The notes beneath the pieces were generated by a model. It did no database searches. It saw only the letters and a program-made list of their open reading frames with translations, and was not told where the DNA came from. From contig CM000433.1 in assembly GCA_000165345.1 (NCBI GenBank), forward strand, positions 736,001 through 800,000: a stretch of DNA of 64,000 nt, read 5' to 3'. Shown one piece after another: positions 39,378-51,600 of this stretch (position 1 is the first letter of the stretch; every line of letters begins with the position of its first letter). A program made the translations under genes and the position numbers.

Positions 39378-42300
39378 ATGTCAATTCTAGTGGATGGTCA
39401 GGCATTATCAGTAACAGATCTCTTCCAAAAATATGATTTAGATGAAATTAGTGATATTCTGGTTAAGATAAAAAAAGAGATTTTTGTGAGAACAAATGAA
39501 GTTAAAAAAGTCATTGGATCTAATCCAGACTTAATGATTGATTTTGGAGAGAATGTTTCGAATATTTATGATGCAAGTACCAAATTGAATATCAGCACAT
39601 TTGAGCTACTTAATGATATTGATAAATTTAGTAATAGTCTTAATGATCGAATTTCAGACTTTGTTCAAGAAGAGCTCCCAGATGTAATAAATAAAGAAGA
39701 TTTAACCTCTATTTTGAGTTATCAAGAGAAACATGAGAAACTTTACTTTGGTATCCTAGAATCCTTCTCAAAGAAAAGCTTTGTACAAAGTTATGAGCTA
39801 TATTTGAAACATAAACAATTTGTAAGTGAGGATACCTCAGATTCAGATAATTATCTATTTAAAGATTCTTTCTTTATTAAGCAAAGTATTTCCAGTAATT
39901 GTTATACATTTATCCAAAGTTGTGAGAAGCTAACTTCAGTTGAATTGGCACAATTAATTATGATCAGATATTTACTAGAGATTGAGGATAAACATTCTGA
40001 TCATTTGGAATATATTGAATCTGACTTCAAGACAATTCTAGAAAATGCATTGATTTTAAGGGTTGACGAGACTATTAAAGGTTTAAAGTATGCGAGGATT
40101 ACAGATAGTGATGATATTGTAAATATGGAGGAGCGTAATAATAGGCTTTGCCAGACTTTCATGATAGCTATGACTGTTTTGGTTGATATTTATGAGCTTA
40201 AAGAGTCAATATTACTTGTTTACTCTGAATTTAAACAGAAAGGATGGTGTCAATTTCAATCTTTGGATGATATTTCAGCCTGTGTATTACTTTTAAACAA
40301 CAGCGAGCATATATCAAGGCTTTTATCAGTTCTATTGGAAGAGTTTAAATCTATGGGAAAAGAAAAAGTGGCTGAAACTAGCCATATAGAAAATATTGAT
40401 ACGAATTACAGTAAAGAGCCTGAGAGAATAAAACAAAGTTTTAGGTCCAGATTCCTTTCTAGAATATATCTGAATCTATTTAATACAATTAGTCATGGAG
40501 TGGGTATAGAAATATTAAGAAATTCATTTTTCCCAATTTTGATTTCAAGTATTGAGGAAGATCTACTAAAGTTTCTTTTGAATGGGAATAAGAAAGAATT
40601 ATTGGATTTAATTTTGATATCTGAGGAAAATATCGAGTTTTGCTTTAACAAGAAAATGAATAATATCTTTGGAGATAATGATACAATTAAATGGTTATTG
40701 TTCAAGAACGAATCTTTTGAGATACTACTAGAAGAGATAAAGGATACAGAAGAACTTCTTGATAAAATTGAACCTTCAGAAAAGAATTCCATCCTCAGAG
40801 GTATCTCTGAAAGATGCTTTGGGTCTGTTATAAACAAGTTTATTGAATTTAACAGAATATTACTATGGTCTATTAAAGGTAAGGATTTTAAGCAAATCCC
40901 AGAAATTGTAACAAAGGATAAAGATGATCCATTTGTGAATATTCATAAATTCTCTAATGTTTTAATACAAGGAAAACGGTTAGAGGTTCTTGAATCTTAT
41001 CTTATTGAATATCTTTCAACAGACCAGGAAGATTCTAGCTTTTCCTTTCAATCTTTGACACAGGATTTCAATATTGGTCTTGGGAATGTTAATTGGAAGA
41101 CCCTTTTAAGAGTTTGTAATGAAATTAGTGCATCTATTGAGGATTCTTCTTTAACTACTCAAACCATTATGCTTAGCGCATTAGGAGAATTTGCAAAATC
41201 ATATATAAGCTCTGAATACCTTGTTAGGCACATTCAAAATATAAAAACACTAAACAATATTTTGTACTCATTAATGATTCATAAAGAAGATCTTTCTCAA
41301 AAAATATGTATTTACCAGTCACTTTTACAGAGAATCATTAACAAGTTGAATGATAAATGCCTTATTAATAAAGAAACTCTACCTCTTTCATCTTTATATC
41401 ATCAATTTGGTTTTATTGGAGAAAATTCAGTTACTCCTCATACTTTGTTATTACAGTTTTGCTTTGAACTTTATATGATATCAACGCAACTAGCTTCTGA
41501 AGCCCAAAAATCCACCTTTGATTTGGCTTGCAGATCTTATTTTAAAGCTTATATAATTCCATTGCAGATCGATGCCATTAAATTCCTCACAGAATTGTAC
41601 TTTAAACTGGAAGATTCTCCTCAAAGCAATGAGAATTCAAACGAAAAATTAAAAGACAACAAAGATCAGTTAGTTAAGTCTATTTCTTGCCTTTATAGTG
41701 ATATTTTATGGAGCACGAGATTCTCCGTCTGCAAAAATTCTATAATACAAGATGATAAAATTAATAATTTAGATCATCTGGAAGGATTTTCATCAACAAT
41801 AGATATTGTAAAGACCATTTTAAAATCTGAAAATCTGACTTCAATTGAAAATGGGATCCTTAAACTACTTAAAGAAGCTCAAGAAGACTATGATCTAGAG
41901 GCTTGCCACCAGTTACCCAAAGTACAGGACTTATTTGCAAATAATGTACAGAGATTCCCAACTTCACCTTTAGTAAAATCTTCCTCTATGGGATCCATTT
42001 CAAACAAAATTGCCATTGCAAATGATAAAACTCTTAAAGCCAACATGGATTCAAATAGCGTTTCTGGCAATAGTGACTATGGCCAGTTCCTATTAACCCA
42101 TTATTCTGATATTCTCAAAAACTATAACAAGTCAGAAGCCATTCGTGTTGCCTCTAAAGTTTCGAGTGTAGTTAATAGCTTTGAATCTGTCAATAATACA
42201 AACAATTCTAACATTAAAGAAGAAAAAGTTAGTGGATGGTTTTCTATGGGTAGTGGTGGACATCATGAAGAATCTTCTCCCAGTATTACTAAGAGTGATA

Positions 42301-42437
42301 ATGGCGCGGGCTCTTTTATTAATAATAATGGATCAGGTGTTATCGGAATTAATAAGAAAATAGATACCCAGTCTATCTGGCAGGTTTCCAATCTACTCAA
42401 GGAAACGGTCAAGGATAGAGTTTTTGGTCAACAATAA
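39378..42437 (+). CDS. Vps51/COG1/Dor1-family (CATCHR) tethering-complex subunit-like protein, 1019 aa. The family assignment is tentative.
   Basis: The N-terminus LSVTDLFQKYDLDEISDILVKIKKEIFVRTNEVKKVIGSNPDLMIDFGENVSNI follows the Vps51-domain pattern. COG1 has LFE.HgaEEIR.LE.RVR.EIE.KKEELRQMVGERYRDLIEAADTI for comparison. The rest is helical with no other motif recognised. Confidence 0.45.
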   Translation: MSILVDGQALSVTDLFQKYDLDEISDILVKIKKEIFVRTNEVKKVIGSNPDLMIDFGENVSNIYDASTKLNISTFELLNDIDKFSNSLNDRISDFVQEELPDVINKEDLTSILSYQEKHEKLYFGILESFSKKSFVQSYELYLKHKQFVSEDTSDSDNYLFKDSFFIKQSISSNCYTFIQSCEKLTSVELAQLIMIRYLLEIEDKHSDHLEYIESDFKTILENALILRVDETIKGLKYARITDSDDIVNMEERNNRLCQTFMIAMTVLVDIYELKESILLVYSEFKQKGWCQFQSLDDISACVLLLNNSEHISRLLSVLLEEFKSMGKEKVAETSHIENIDTNYSKEPERIKQSFRSRFLSRIYLNLFNTISHGVGIEILRNSFFPILISSIEEDLLKFLLNGNKKELLDLILISEENIEFCFNKKMNNIFGDNDTIKWLLFKNESFEILLEEIKDTEELLDKIEPSEKNSILRGISERCFGSVINKFIEFNRILLWSIKGKDFKQIPEIVTKDKDDPFVNIHKFSNVLIQGKRLEVLESYLIEYLSTDQEDSSFSFQSLTQDFNIGLGNVNWKTLLRVCNEISASIEDSSLTTQTIMLSALGEFAKSYISSEYLVRHIQNIKTLNNILYSLMIHKEDLSQKICIYQSLLQRIINKLNDKCLINKETLPLSSLYHQFGFIGENSVTPHTLLLQFCFELYMISTQLASEAQKSTFDLACRSYFKAYIIPLQIDAIKFLTELYFKLEDSPQSNENSNEKLKDNKDQLVKSISCLYSDILWSTRFSVCKNSIIQDDKINNLDHLEGFSSTIDIVKTILKSENLTSIENGILKLLKEAQEDYDLEACHQLPKVQDLFANNVQRFPTSPLVKSSSMGSISNKIAIANDKTLKANMDSNSVSGNSDYGQFLLTHYSDILKNYNKSEAIRVASKVSSVVNSFESVNNTNNSNIKEEKVSGWFSMGSGGHHEESSPSITKSDNGAGSFINNNGSGVIGINKKIDTQSIWQVSNLLKETVKDRVFGQQ

Positions 42438-42722
42438 ATATTGAATAGTCTATAATTCCAGGTTGAATCTAGATTTTTTTTTCAAAATTGATTTTCTTTA
42501 ATTAATAATGGATTAATATACTAGTATTTAATATTATATAATAGTTTTTCCATCTTTTTGTTTTAAGTTATATTTCTATTTGATCTACCTTTCAAGAAAT
42601 CACATTTTCAATCGTTATCATGTAAAAAAAATAGCTATTAAGAAGCATTCGTAAATAATTTTTATAGTTTATGAAAGACAATATTTATTTATAATTTTGT
42701 GCTTGCAATAATTTACTGGAGA

Positions 42723-42757
42723 TTTGCATGCACCAAATGCATTTATTTGGCGGGAAC
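42723..42757. promoter_or_regulatory. TTTGCATGCACC ... TTTGGCGGGAAC pair in the intergenic region upstream of the Kazal glycoprotein gene. A second TTTTGCATGCAAATT lies at 43049-43063.
   Basis: tttgcatgcaccaaatgcatttatttggcgggaac. Confidence 0.4.
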
Positions 42758-43413
42758 ATCAATACAGTTACAAAAATTATTTTTTTCTGTAACTTCATTT
42801 ATCAATTTTTCAAATTCAGCAAAGTGTAAGCCAATAAATAAATTCAATAAAAAATGAACGACAGGGAAATATAGTTTCTGATTATATCTTATTTTAAATC
42901 GTACTCACACAATAAATGCAGCTCCAAAATCAAGGAAGGGGGGAGAGTGGGGGGTATACTGGAGGTAATTTAAAAAGGCCAGGTCTCTTTGCATAAATAA
43001 TAATCATAGATAACTGGATAAAAATTCTCCATTACACTTATGTTTTTTGTTTTGCATGCAAATTATTGTCACTTATACCCCACACCCTCTCAAACATAAC
43101 TTTAAAATTTAAACTTTATGTGCGCCAGGGTTGGCAAATATTATCGCGCGTCTTGTCTCCCCAATATATATATTATACAGGGGGTTGATCACAAGAATAA
43201 ACGAAAGAGGTTACACAGCGTTTATGTTAGAAGAACAGGACGTAAATGTAATAAATTTCGTGAAGTAGTTGCTTTGCAAGTTGTATTCCGATTATAGTAA
43301 GGGTAAATAGGTAAATTTGCTTTACAAAAGAATATATTAATAAGTGAGGACAAGCTAATATTTAGTGAGAAAAAAAAGCTCAATAAATAACTGAAGAATA
43401 TTTGAATTGAAGG

Positions 43414-45255
43414 ATGATAAAACTACTTATTTCTATTTTCTTAGTCACTCCAGGGCTGGTAGTTAAAGGGGAACAATTAATTAGGTGCGACTCAAGCCCA
43501 ATGAACCTTTGTGGTTCAGATTTAGTGATTTACAAATCTGAATGTGATTTTTTGGCTTCAAAGGCTAGGTTAAGCGACTTGACTATTCTTGATTTAACTG
43601 ATTGTGTTAATGGTAATTTTAGTGAGTTAAATGTTACAGAGAGTAGTTCAAACTTAGATAATAGGTCATTAAGAGGGAGCAGCATATCAAAGAAAGATTC
43701 AGATAAAACTTCTGAAAATGTAACTTTATCACTGAAAAATGATACAGAAATGAATTTACCTGATTTAATGGATGATAATAACGAAAATATAGTTAACAAT
43801 TATACATTTGTTAATGGTTCTACTTCAGATGGAAAACATCTACAAGACATATCACTGACAGATTCTATATACAATAGTGGAGATAATATATTAAATGCAT
43901 TTTACATGGGCAAACATAGTCCAATTTTTCAAAATATTAACAAGTATAATGTGAAAATGATTAATGTTATCGTAGAGAATTTTGATATTTCTACATTTAT
44001 TTTATCAAATGGTAAATATAATCTTTCAAGATTTTCAATGCTAGTCTTAGAGTCTGTTATTAAGATATTGAAAAACCAAAGGTCGAAGATAGATAATTAT
44101 TTGTCTCGATTAAAAAGTACAAAGTTAGAAAGCACGGATAGTGATAATGCAACATATCCTTATAAAGTTGTGGATAGAAGAAACGATTCAAGTATAATTG
44201 GCCAGGAAGAATACGATGGTTTGAACGTGACATTCAAGTTTTCCAACTCAAGCAATGCAAATAGTTTCTTAGATTCACAAATATTAACAGATTTAGCACT
44301 TAAATATTCAAGCAAGGTTAATGTTAGTAGTATTGATAATAACCATAAAAAAGCTATTAGTAATAGATTACTGGTTGCTTCAGAAAATGATTATGCTCCT
44401 ATTAAAGAAATTGACTCCAATTTAACCGATAGCCACTTTGTTGTTGATAATTGCGAAGTAAATATTCCACCTTATCAAGGAGCTCAGTTGGTTCCCAATT
44501 TCCATTGTATCTTCCCCCAAAACTCTACAGGTAATAATTTTGAAGTTGCTTGCAATAATATTCTTAGTTTGGCCCAAATAGCCATTATGAACACATTTGG
44601 AAATAATTCAAATTTAAATCTGATTCCATACAAAGTGTTAAATCCAATCATGAACGTAACTAGTTTATCAGAAGGTAATATCAGAATTTTGTCGAGCAAT
44701 CAATCTTGGGAGGGTGAAAGTCAGGAGAAATTTGTTCTGGATTTCTTTGATTTATTATTATCCCCATTGAATTTTACAAATGAGATAATGGACCTCGAAA
44801 TTGGTGAGATCTTTGTGAACTTTGATTTTAGTCTCTTATCTAATGGTGACTTTATTGACTCTTCGGTCTCAAATGTCAATGATACCACCAATTTGGAAGA
44901 AATAGATGAGATTTTTAAGTTAGACTCTATTTTAAAGGATTTAAATTTAATTCTGAAATCGAATAACACAGATAACTCTACGTTATCAGGTTCATTGAGA
45001 ATCACAAGTGAAACATTACCAAAAATGGACTCAAATTATACAACTGATGGCATATCTAGAGATTTCCCTCCTGCATTTGATAGGGTAAGAGGACCAGATT
45101 GCGTAGTTAAATGTGATGACAATATTGACTTACATTGTGCAAACAACGGAATAGCATACAAGAACCTTTGTGAATTCAGAAATGCTCAATGCGATGATCA
45201 AGGCTTAATTTTCGTTGGCTTTGGAAAATGTTTGCCTCTGGTTATTAAAACTTAA
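43414..45255 (+). CDS. Secreted glycoprotein with many N-glycosylation sequons, flanked by N- and C-terminal Kazal-like Cys modules. 613 aa.
   Basis: Signal peptide MIKLLISIFLVTPGLVVKG. The N-terminal module is CDSSPMNLCGSDLVIYKSECDFLASKA...C and the C-terminal module is CVVKCDDNIDLHCANNGIAYKNLCEFRNAQCDDQGLIFVGFGKC (Kazal-like spacing). More than 20 N-x-S/T sequons lie in between. Confidence 0.8.
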   Translation: MIKLLISIFLVTPGLVVKGEQLIRCDSSPMNLCGSDLVIYKSECDFLASKARLSDLTILDLTDCVNGNFSELNVTESSSNLDNRSLRGSSISKKDSDKTSENVTLSLKNDTEMNLPDLMDDNNENIVNNYTFVNGSTSDGKHLQDISLTDSIYNSGDNILNAFYMGKHSPIFQNINKYNVKMINVIVENFDISTFILSNGKYNLSRFSMLVLESVIKILKNQRSKIDNYLSRLKSTKLESTDSDNATYPYKVVDRRNDSSIIGQEEYDGLNVTFKFSNSSNANSFLDSQILTDLALKYSSKVNVSSIDNNHKKAISNRLLVASENDYAPIKEIDSNLTDSHFVVDNCEVNIPPYQGAQLVPNFHCIFPQNSTGNNFEVACNNILSLAQIAIMNTFGNNSNLNLIPYKVLNPIMNVTSLSEGNIRILSSNQSWEGESQEKFVLDFFDLLLSPLNFTNEIMDLEIGEIFVNFDFSLLSNGDFIDSSVSNVNDTTNLEEIDEIFKLDSILKDLNLILKSNNTDNSTLSGSLRITSETLPKMDSNYTTDGISRDFPPAFDRVRGPDCVVKCDDNIDLHCANNGIAYKNLCEFRNAQCDDQGLIFVGFGKCLPLVIKT

Positions 45256-45690
45256 TAATTAGGCTATGATATAATAATGAATGTTTAATGAAGGCTGGAG
45301 TAATTAGATACTATTAATCATTTCATTATTTCAAATTCAAAGCGAGGTAAAGCTCGTAATTTAGTAATTAAAAACATCCTAGAGTCTCCTTAATTTTGTG
45401 TTTACATTTTTTATTTATTGTTTATCTAATTCTTTGTTCCCCTGTAATTTAAATTGATAAATGCAAATTTTGTAAGACTTTTATCCCGCCCATAATTTCC
45501 TGATCTGTCCGTGACAATTAGGAATTATGAAGAAAAATTAATGAAAAAAATAATGTAATTTGAGAAAAAACAAGCAAAATAATGATTAAGAATATTTGAT
45601 AGGTGGATTAATGTTTAGGAAAGGCTTTAGTTTAAGTCAATTGATTTCTAAATACCTCTGAAAATATGGTTAATTGATTGTAGATTTAAA

Positions 45691-48600
45691 ATGAGTTTAA
45701 ATCATACGGAAGTTTGTATTTTTTCACAAAAAGCTAATATAGTTTATATGAAGTTGCTAAAAGTAGCCCTGAAACCATCAATATTTATGTTAGATTTAGA
45801 TAAAGAAGATGATAGCGATGATTTTAAGGATTTCTTTTTGGAACTTTACTTCAAAAGACTCAATATTAACAAGAAAGGAGATTGTGAAGTAAACTTAACC
45901 CGGGATGTAAAAAATTCAATGATTCCTTCTTCGAAAATTTTTTATTTGATTTATAAAAAAAGCGATCCACATGATTTTTTTGCATGCAGCCATGCAGATA
46001 AAATAATTTCATTCAATACCGGCGTGTCCACATTACTAAGAAATGTGTGCAAATACATGCATTTGGTATTTGTTTTGGATTTAGGGTCATTACTATGGTT
46101 CTCAGAATTATTTGATGATATAGAACAGTTGGGGGTGTATTTAGATGAATTTTTGTTAAGTTTAGAAAATATATTAAATGGTGTTTCAAGATTATCTGAG
46201 TATTTAAAGTATCTACAAGAAGATGTAGAAGTGAGATTTTCCGTTTTTTTGTTTGGGTTGAATCAAGAGGAATCTTGTTTTAAACTGATATTTTATGAAA
46301 TTCCACTAATTTCTTGGATTTCTGAAACAGAACTTTTTATTGAAAACTTGCAAAAAGAGATTCAGCAAATATTAAAGACTCATTTGGAATTCAAGGAAGG
46401 TATACCAAACTTTCCAAGGAACTTGTGGAGTATTGAGATTCTTGCATTATTGAATTCGTTTTCATCTTCTTTCGTTCATTCACTAATTGTTATTACAACG
46501 GGAGTAATATCTTCCAGACTTTTTTCTAAAGAAAATTCTTCATCATTAGTTTGCAAGAATAGTTACTTATTACATCACTGTTATTCAAATGATATTCAAG
46601 TTCATTTTTTGGTTATTAACAAGTTTAATATAGACCTGGAAGAATCAGAAATTGGATTGAATCCTTCATTAGACACTTTGGAGTTTGTTGCAGCAACTTG
46701 TAATTCAACTTTAACAGTAACTGAGTTTGGAGTAAATGAACAAGATGCGAGGAAGATAGCTATTGATTTGTTACTCAGACCGGATATTTATAATATTCCT
46801 TCGGATATTGTATCAGAAGTTAAAAATGAATTTAATAATTTGACGGAGATTTATGGCTACAAAGTAAGTCAAAAATTATCTCTGATTGAGATTTTATTAA
46901 ATAAATTAAGAAACAGTTTTAATTTTGTTGGAGAAACAATAATTGAGGTTCCCTTAATTTTATATTCAAAATTTCACAAGCTGATTGAAATTATTTGCGT
47001 AATTGAGAATTATAAAGATATTCAAGATAATCATTGTTCAGGATTTTGGTACATCAAATTCTATATCAAAAATCTGGGGAATGTTATTTCTACTTCTGAT
47101 GAATTTTCTTTATTAAAAAAATTACTAGAGTCTAAAGAAGAGATTAAAAAGCCCAAGTCATTTAATAAACCTAATAGATTGACTTATTTTCTTTACTCTT
47201 TTATACTCAAAATCCGTCAATTGGATACTTGGATGGAGAATTTGGTTGAAAATTATTCAAAAACTAAAGACCCTCCAGCTTTTCCAAGTGGTTTGAATAG
47301 CTTATTTCTCCCAAGTATTATTCGGCATAAGATTGACTTAGTTTTGGAGAGCGATCAAAGTTTACTCAAGGAGGGAGTTTTTGATGGTTTTAAGGGTTCT
47401 TGGGAACTTTTACAAGATAAATTGGTAGAAATGGGATTTAAAGCTTTTATATTAGAAAATCAACAGTTTGAGTATGACTTTCCAATAATAGAAAAGGATA
47501 AAATCTTAATATATTATAATTTGTTTCCAAAGATGAATACTAGTGAAATCGAGTTCAAGTGTGAAGATCATGGAATCTTGAGAATTTTAAGATCCTGGGC
47601 AAAAACTGATTCTTTACTGGAAAATCTTAACTCAAATGGGTCTGAAAAAGCCAACAACTTTATGGCAATTTGGTTGGATGCCCAGAGAATCATTATTAAA
47701 ACACCTGATCATGAAAAAAGTAATAGTGAAGAAATAGAAAGCCAATCTTCATTAGTAATTTTTAATATCCTATATTATGGGTTTAGCCCAGAATATTGCC
47801 AGGAATATACAAAGTGGTTTAAAGAAAAAATTATTAAGTACGGAATTGATTCTGATGAGGCCGACTTAAGTCTTTTAAGATTTTCACTAGTAACAAATAA
47901 TTTCTATGAAAGCGTTATAAATGGAGAAAGATGTTTGGAAAAGTCATGGAGCTATGTGCTTTGGAGTGAAAAGGTAAATTATAGCTATCAAGAACAAGAA
48001 CCAATGGATTTGAATGGAAGAGTCATAATAAATATATCAAATTCTAGATATTTGGATGGGTGGATCTTGCTTAATAGAAGAAATGACAAATATCAATTAA
48101 GCTCAACCTGGTACAAAGTCCGTGATTTCCAAATCAGAAACAATTTCAAGTTAAAGGTAGTATTTATTTATGATCTTAAATTTCAATTTGGAAACAATAC
48201 AAATAGTAGTAGGCTAATATGCAGAATTTTAATGTCAAGTTCTATTGGAAAAACTGATATTATTAATGAAACCTATGGAGAATACTTTTCATTTAATAAA
48301 TTCGCAGAAAAAATTCATTTTCAAGACAATAAAATAATACAAACAATCTCATTAATAGATTATTTGTATACTTCAAGCCATTTAAGGAAGAATATTGTAT
48401 ACCTTAGAAATAATAATGATGAAGAGGTAAACGAAAAAAGTAAAGGAGAAAATAATTCTGAAATAAAGTCTGAAAGCTTTCATCAAAATCTATGCAAGAG
48501 TAAATTTGGAGCAGTAAACTCTAATTATTACAATATCATTTTTAGTGGCCTTACAAATTCGAAAGAATTTAATAAATACAAGAGAATAATCCAAAGTAAA

Positions 48601-51600
48601 TCATTTTATGGAAATGATAATAAAATTTCATTATCAATTCGAGAAATTTCAAATCTTTTTCTCACATTTAATAATAATGAAATTAAGTTAGATTCAGATG
48701 ATAAAGATACATTCAAGCTAGTTTTACCATTTAATTTAGGAAACGGCAACTATAAAGATGCTGAACAGGAATTGGATAAAGAATTTATCAATAAATTTAA
48801 ACCTTTCTGTTTTATAGAGATACCTCTAATTAACGCAGGAAATTTATTTACTTCTCAGCTTAATTCCAATAGTAGAAAGAAGAATTCTGACATTGAAGCA
48901 AGAAGAAAGTATTTGGAGGGCGCATCAGAAAGTTCATTTGAGAAGTTTCTTTATAAGATGTCAAAGATCACAGATAGATCCGTTAGAGTAGATGAAAATG
49001 AGTGGTATACAATATTGTTTATAGATGAAAGTGACTTAGATGGAAAGTTTGAGGACGAGGAAAGTTTGACAATTAATGAAGATTTAAAACCTATTCCTGG
49101 TGATAAAAAAGAAGAAATGAACAATGAAAATTCAATAAGAAAGTTATATACTAATCAGATCTATGATTATATGATAATTACTCATATTAGGCTTCACAGG
49201 TCTAGCTATAATGTACCAACAAGTTCAGTATTAGGAGTTTATCTATGCTCATATTATAATATTAGCTATGGAATAACTGGGAAAAAGAACAATATTGAAT
49301 TAGGAATTAACGAAAAAAATAAGCTTAATAAGGTAAGACAATTCGTGGAATTATATATTTTAAGAGTAAAAGAAATTTGGGATTCTATTAAATTTAATAT
49401 GATTTCCCAATACTATCTATTAGGGATACCAATTTGTTCTAAAGATATTGCAAGGATACAAAATGAAAATGAATTCAATGAAGAGAAGACTCAACCACCT
49501 TCTTCCATTGGCGGATTAAATAAGAGTTTAATAGAAGATCCCATATCAGTTCGTGGAATTGACCTTGATTTAGATCCAGAATTTGACTTCATTAAAGAAG
49601 ATAATACACATCAAGAGAATTTTCAAAGCTTATTATATGGATTAAGCTCTAATCAGGAACATCTTTCAGAAAAGGGAACATATTCTGATCCAGATACTTG
49701 CTCAGATATAGCTTTTGATGCAAATGAATATAATGAAGTTAGAAGAGAAGTTTGTAAGTATCTTAAATGCAATATATTCAGATTTAAGCTTAGCCTTTCA
49801 AGCTTTAAAATAGTTTTATCTCGAAAATTTACAAAAAATGTGGAATTGGACAAAGGTTTGGATGAATTGGATGAATTAGCAAATTTTATTGGAGAAGAAC
49901 TTGAAAGTCGTATGAAAAATGCATTGAGAGTGAAATTGGTTCATTTTGATTGTCAAGATTTAAATTGTTTTTTAGTTTTCTGTGGAGTACTTGATTTGTG
50001 TAAAGGGAGTACTAAGAATATTTTAGTAACTGTTTCATTAATGAAAAACGAGCAAAATTTAGGAATTTCTTACCTTGAACTAGCCAAATTTTGGACAAGA
50101 TTTAAGAATACAAGTTTTAACCCTACCTGGTTTCACTGCTTGGTTTGGAAGAGTTTAACAGAAAGAGACAATTTAGAACTTAAAGTGACTGTATTCACAT
50201 CCATTGATAAGAAGTACATTAGAGTCAACAGAATAAATACTGAGCTTTGGTCAATTATTAAGTTAGAAAAAGAAGTCTTCGTTTCAAAATTAAGAAGTGT
50301 AATTTCATCTTGGATGACTGATATGACCATGGAGCTTTCTTTCATACATGGAAATGAAATTTCTGGGGATATTAATGATGAATCATATAGAATGAGTCTT
50401 TTTGCTTGCTTTGGAAGAGATTTATTATTGGAATGTTTACAAGGAGTTAAAGAGAAAATTTGGAATGATGGGGATGAGATATTTTCAGGAGAGTCATTTG
50501 AGAAAGGCGAACTCGTATCTTCTGGATCACTCATTTTTAGAAGAGACATTCAGCTTCCTTTGATCAAACCTACTACTAAATTTGAAAATTATATTGCAGT
50601 AATTAATTTACTTTCATCTCAAGCTGATTATATTCCAATCAAAAGAAAACCACAATTAGTCTTAATATGGCATGGATCTAAGTTTCCAACTGAGAGTTTA
50701 TCAATCAGAAATCCAAGCTTAAAATGCAAGCTCAGAAGAGGCCTTATTAACAGGTTAATTGAGCATACTAGAGTACTTGCTGAGATCTCTAACCCTGATG
50801 AATTGATAAGTAATGAATTGGTACTTAAACTTGCTTTAAAGATTTATTTCCCATCTTCAATTATTACTGGAATGAGTATTGCTTCACAAAATAAATTTAG
50901 ATGCAGATTATGTGATTTTTATATAGATCTAAATGGCTTACGTGAATCTATTAATTTCCTTTTTTCAGCAATGCAAAGCAGATTCATTAGTATTTGGAAG
51001 GAAGCAACATGTGATTTCTTATTACAAAATGTCACTATTTCAAAGATGGTTAGTTATCTGATGGTACCTAAATTTGTTTCATCTGATTATTCAAGCTTGA
51101 GATTAGAAATTGATAAAAGAAAACCAGAAATCTCAATTTTAGATTCAAATGATCAAGAAGAAATTTTTGGACAAATTTCAATTACGTCAGAATGGCTATA
51201 CGAAGTTCCTTTTGAAATTTCTCCAGCAAGATTTAGAAGAATGAAAAAAAATAGTCTTAATAATTTGCTTAAAAGAAAGTTGGATCCTGATTATTACGAA
51301 AATCCTGGAGAAGTAATTCTATGGGATGGTAGAATTGTTAAAGTACCTAATTATATATTTTGGTTAAAAAAACATGAGGAAGTGTTTATTGAAATTCCAT
51401 CTGAACTTTATGATGCTCCATTAATTGATATTTTGTTTGGAGGAGGAAACTTGGATATTTCAAGTATTGATAAATATAGCAAAGAACTATCTTCAATTGA
51501 AAAAAATTTATTCGGAAATTCTGATTTTGGAAAGGAGCTTAATAAAGCTTCTGAGCTTCGATTTTCGAAAGAAATAGAATTTATTTCATTAATATATCCA

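Noticed and set aside
43201-43260. U6 snRNA-like AAATTTCGTGAAG string
   Set aside because: Only a 12-nt resemblance to the U6 AAATTCGTGAAGCG segment. The ACAGAGA box and 5' stem-loop are absent.
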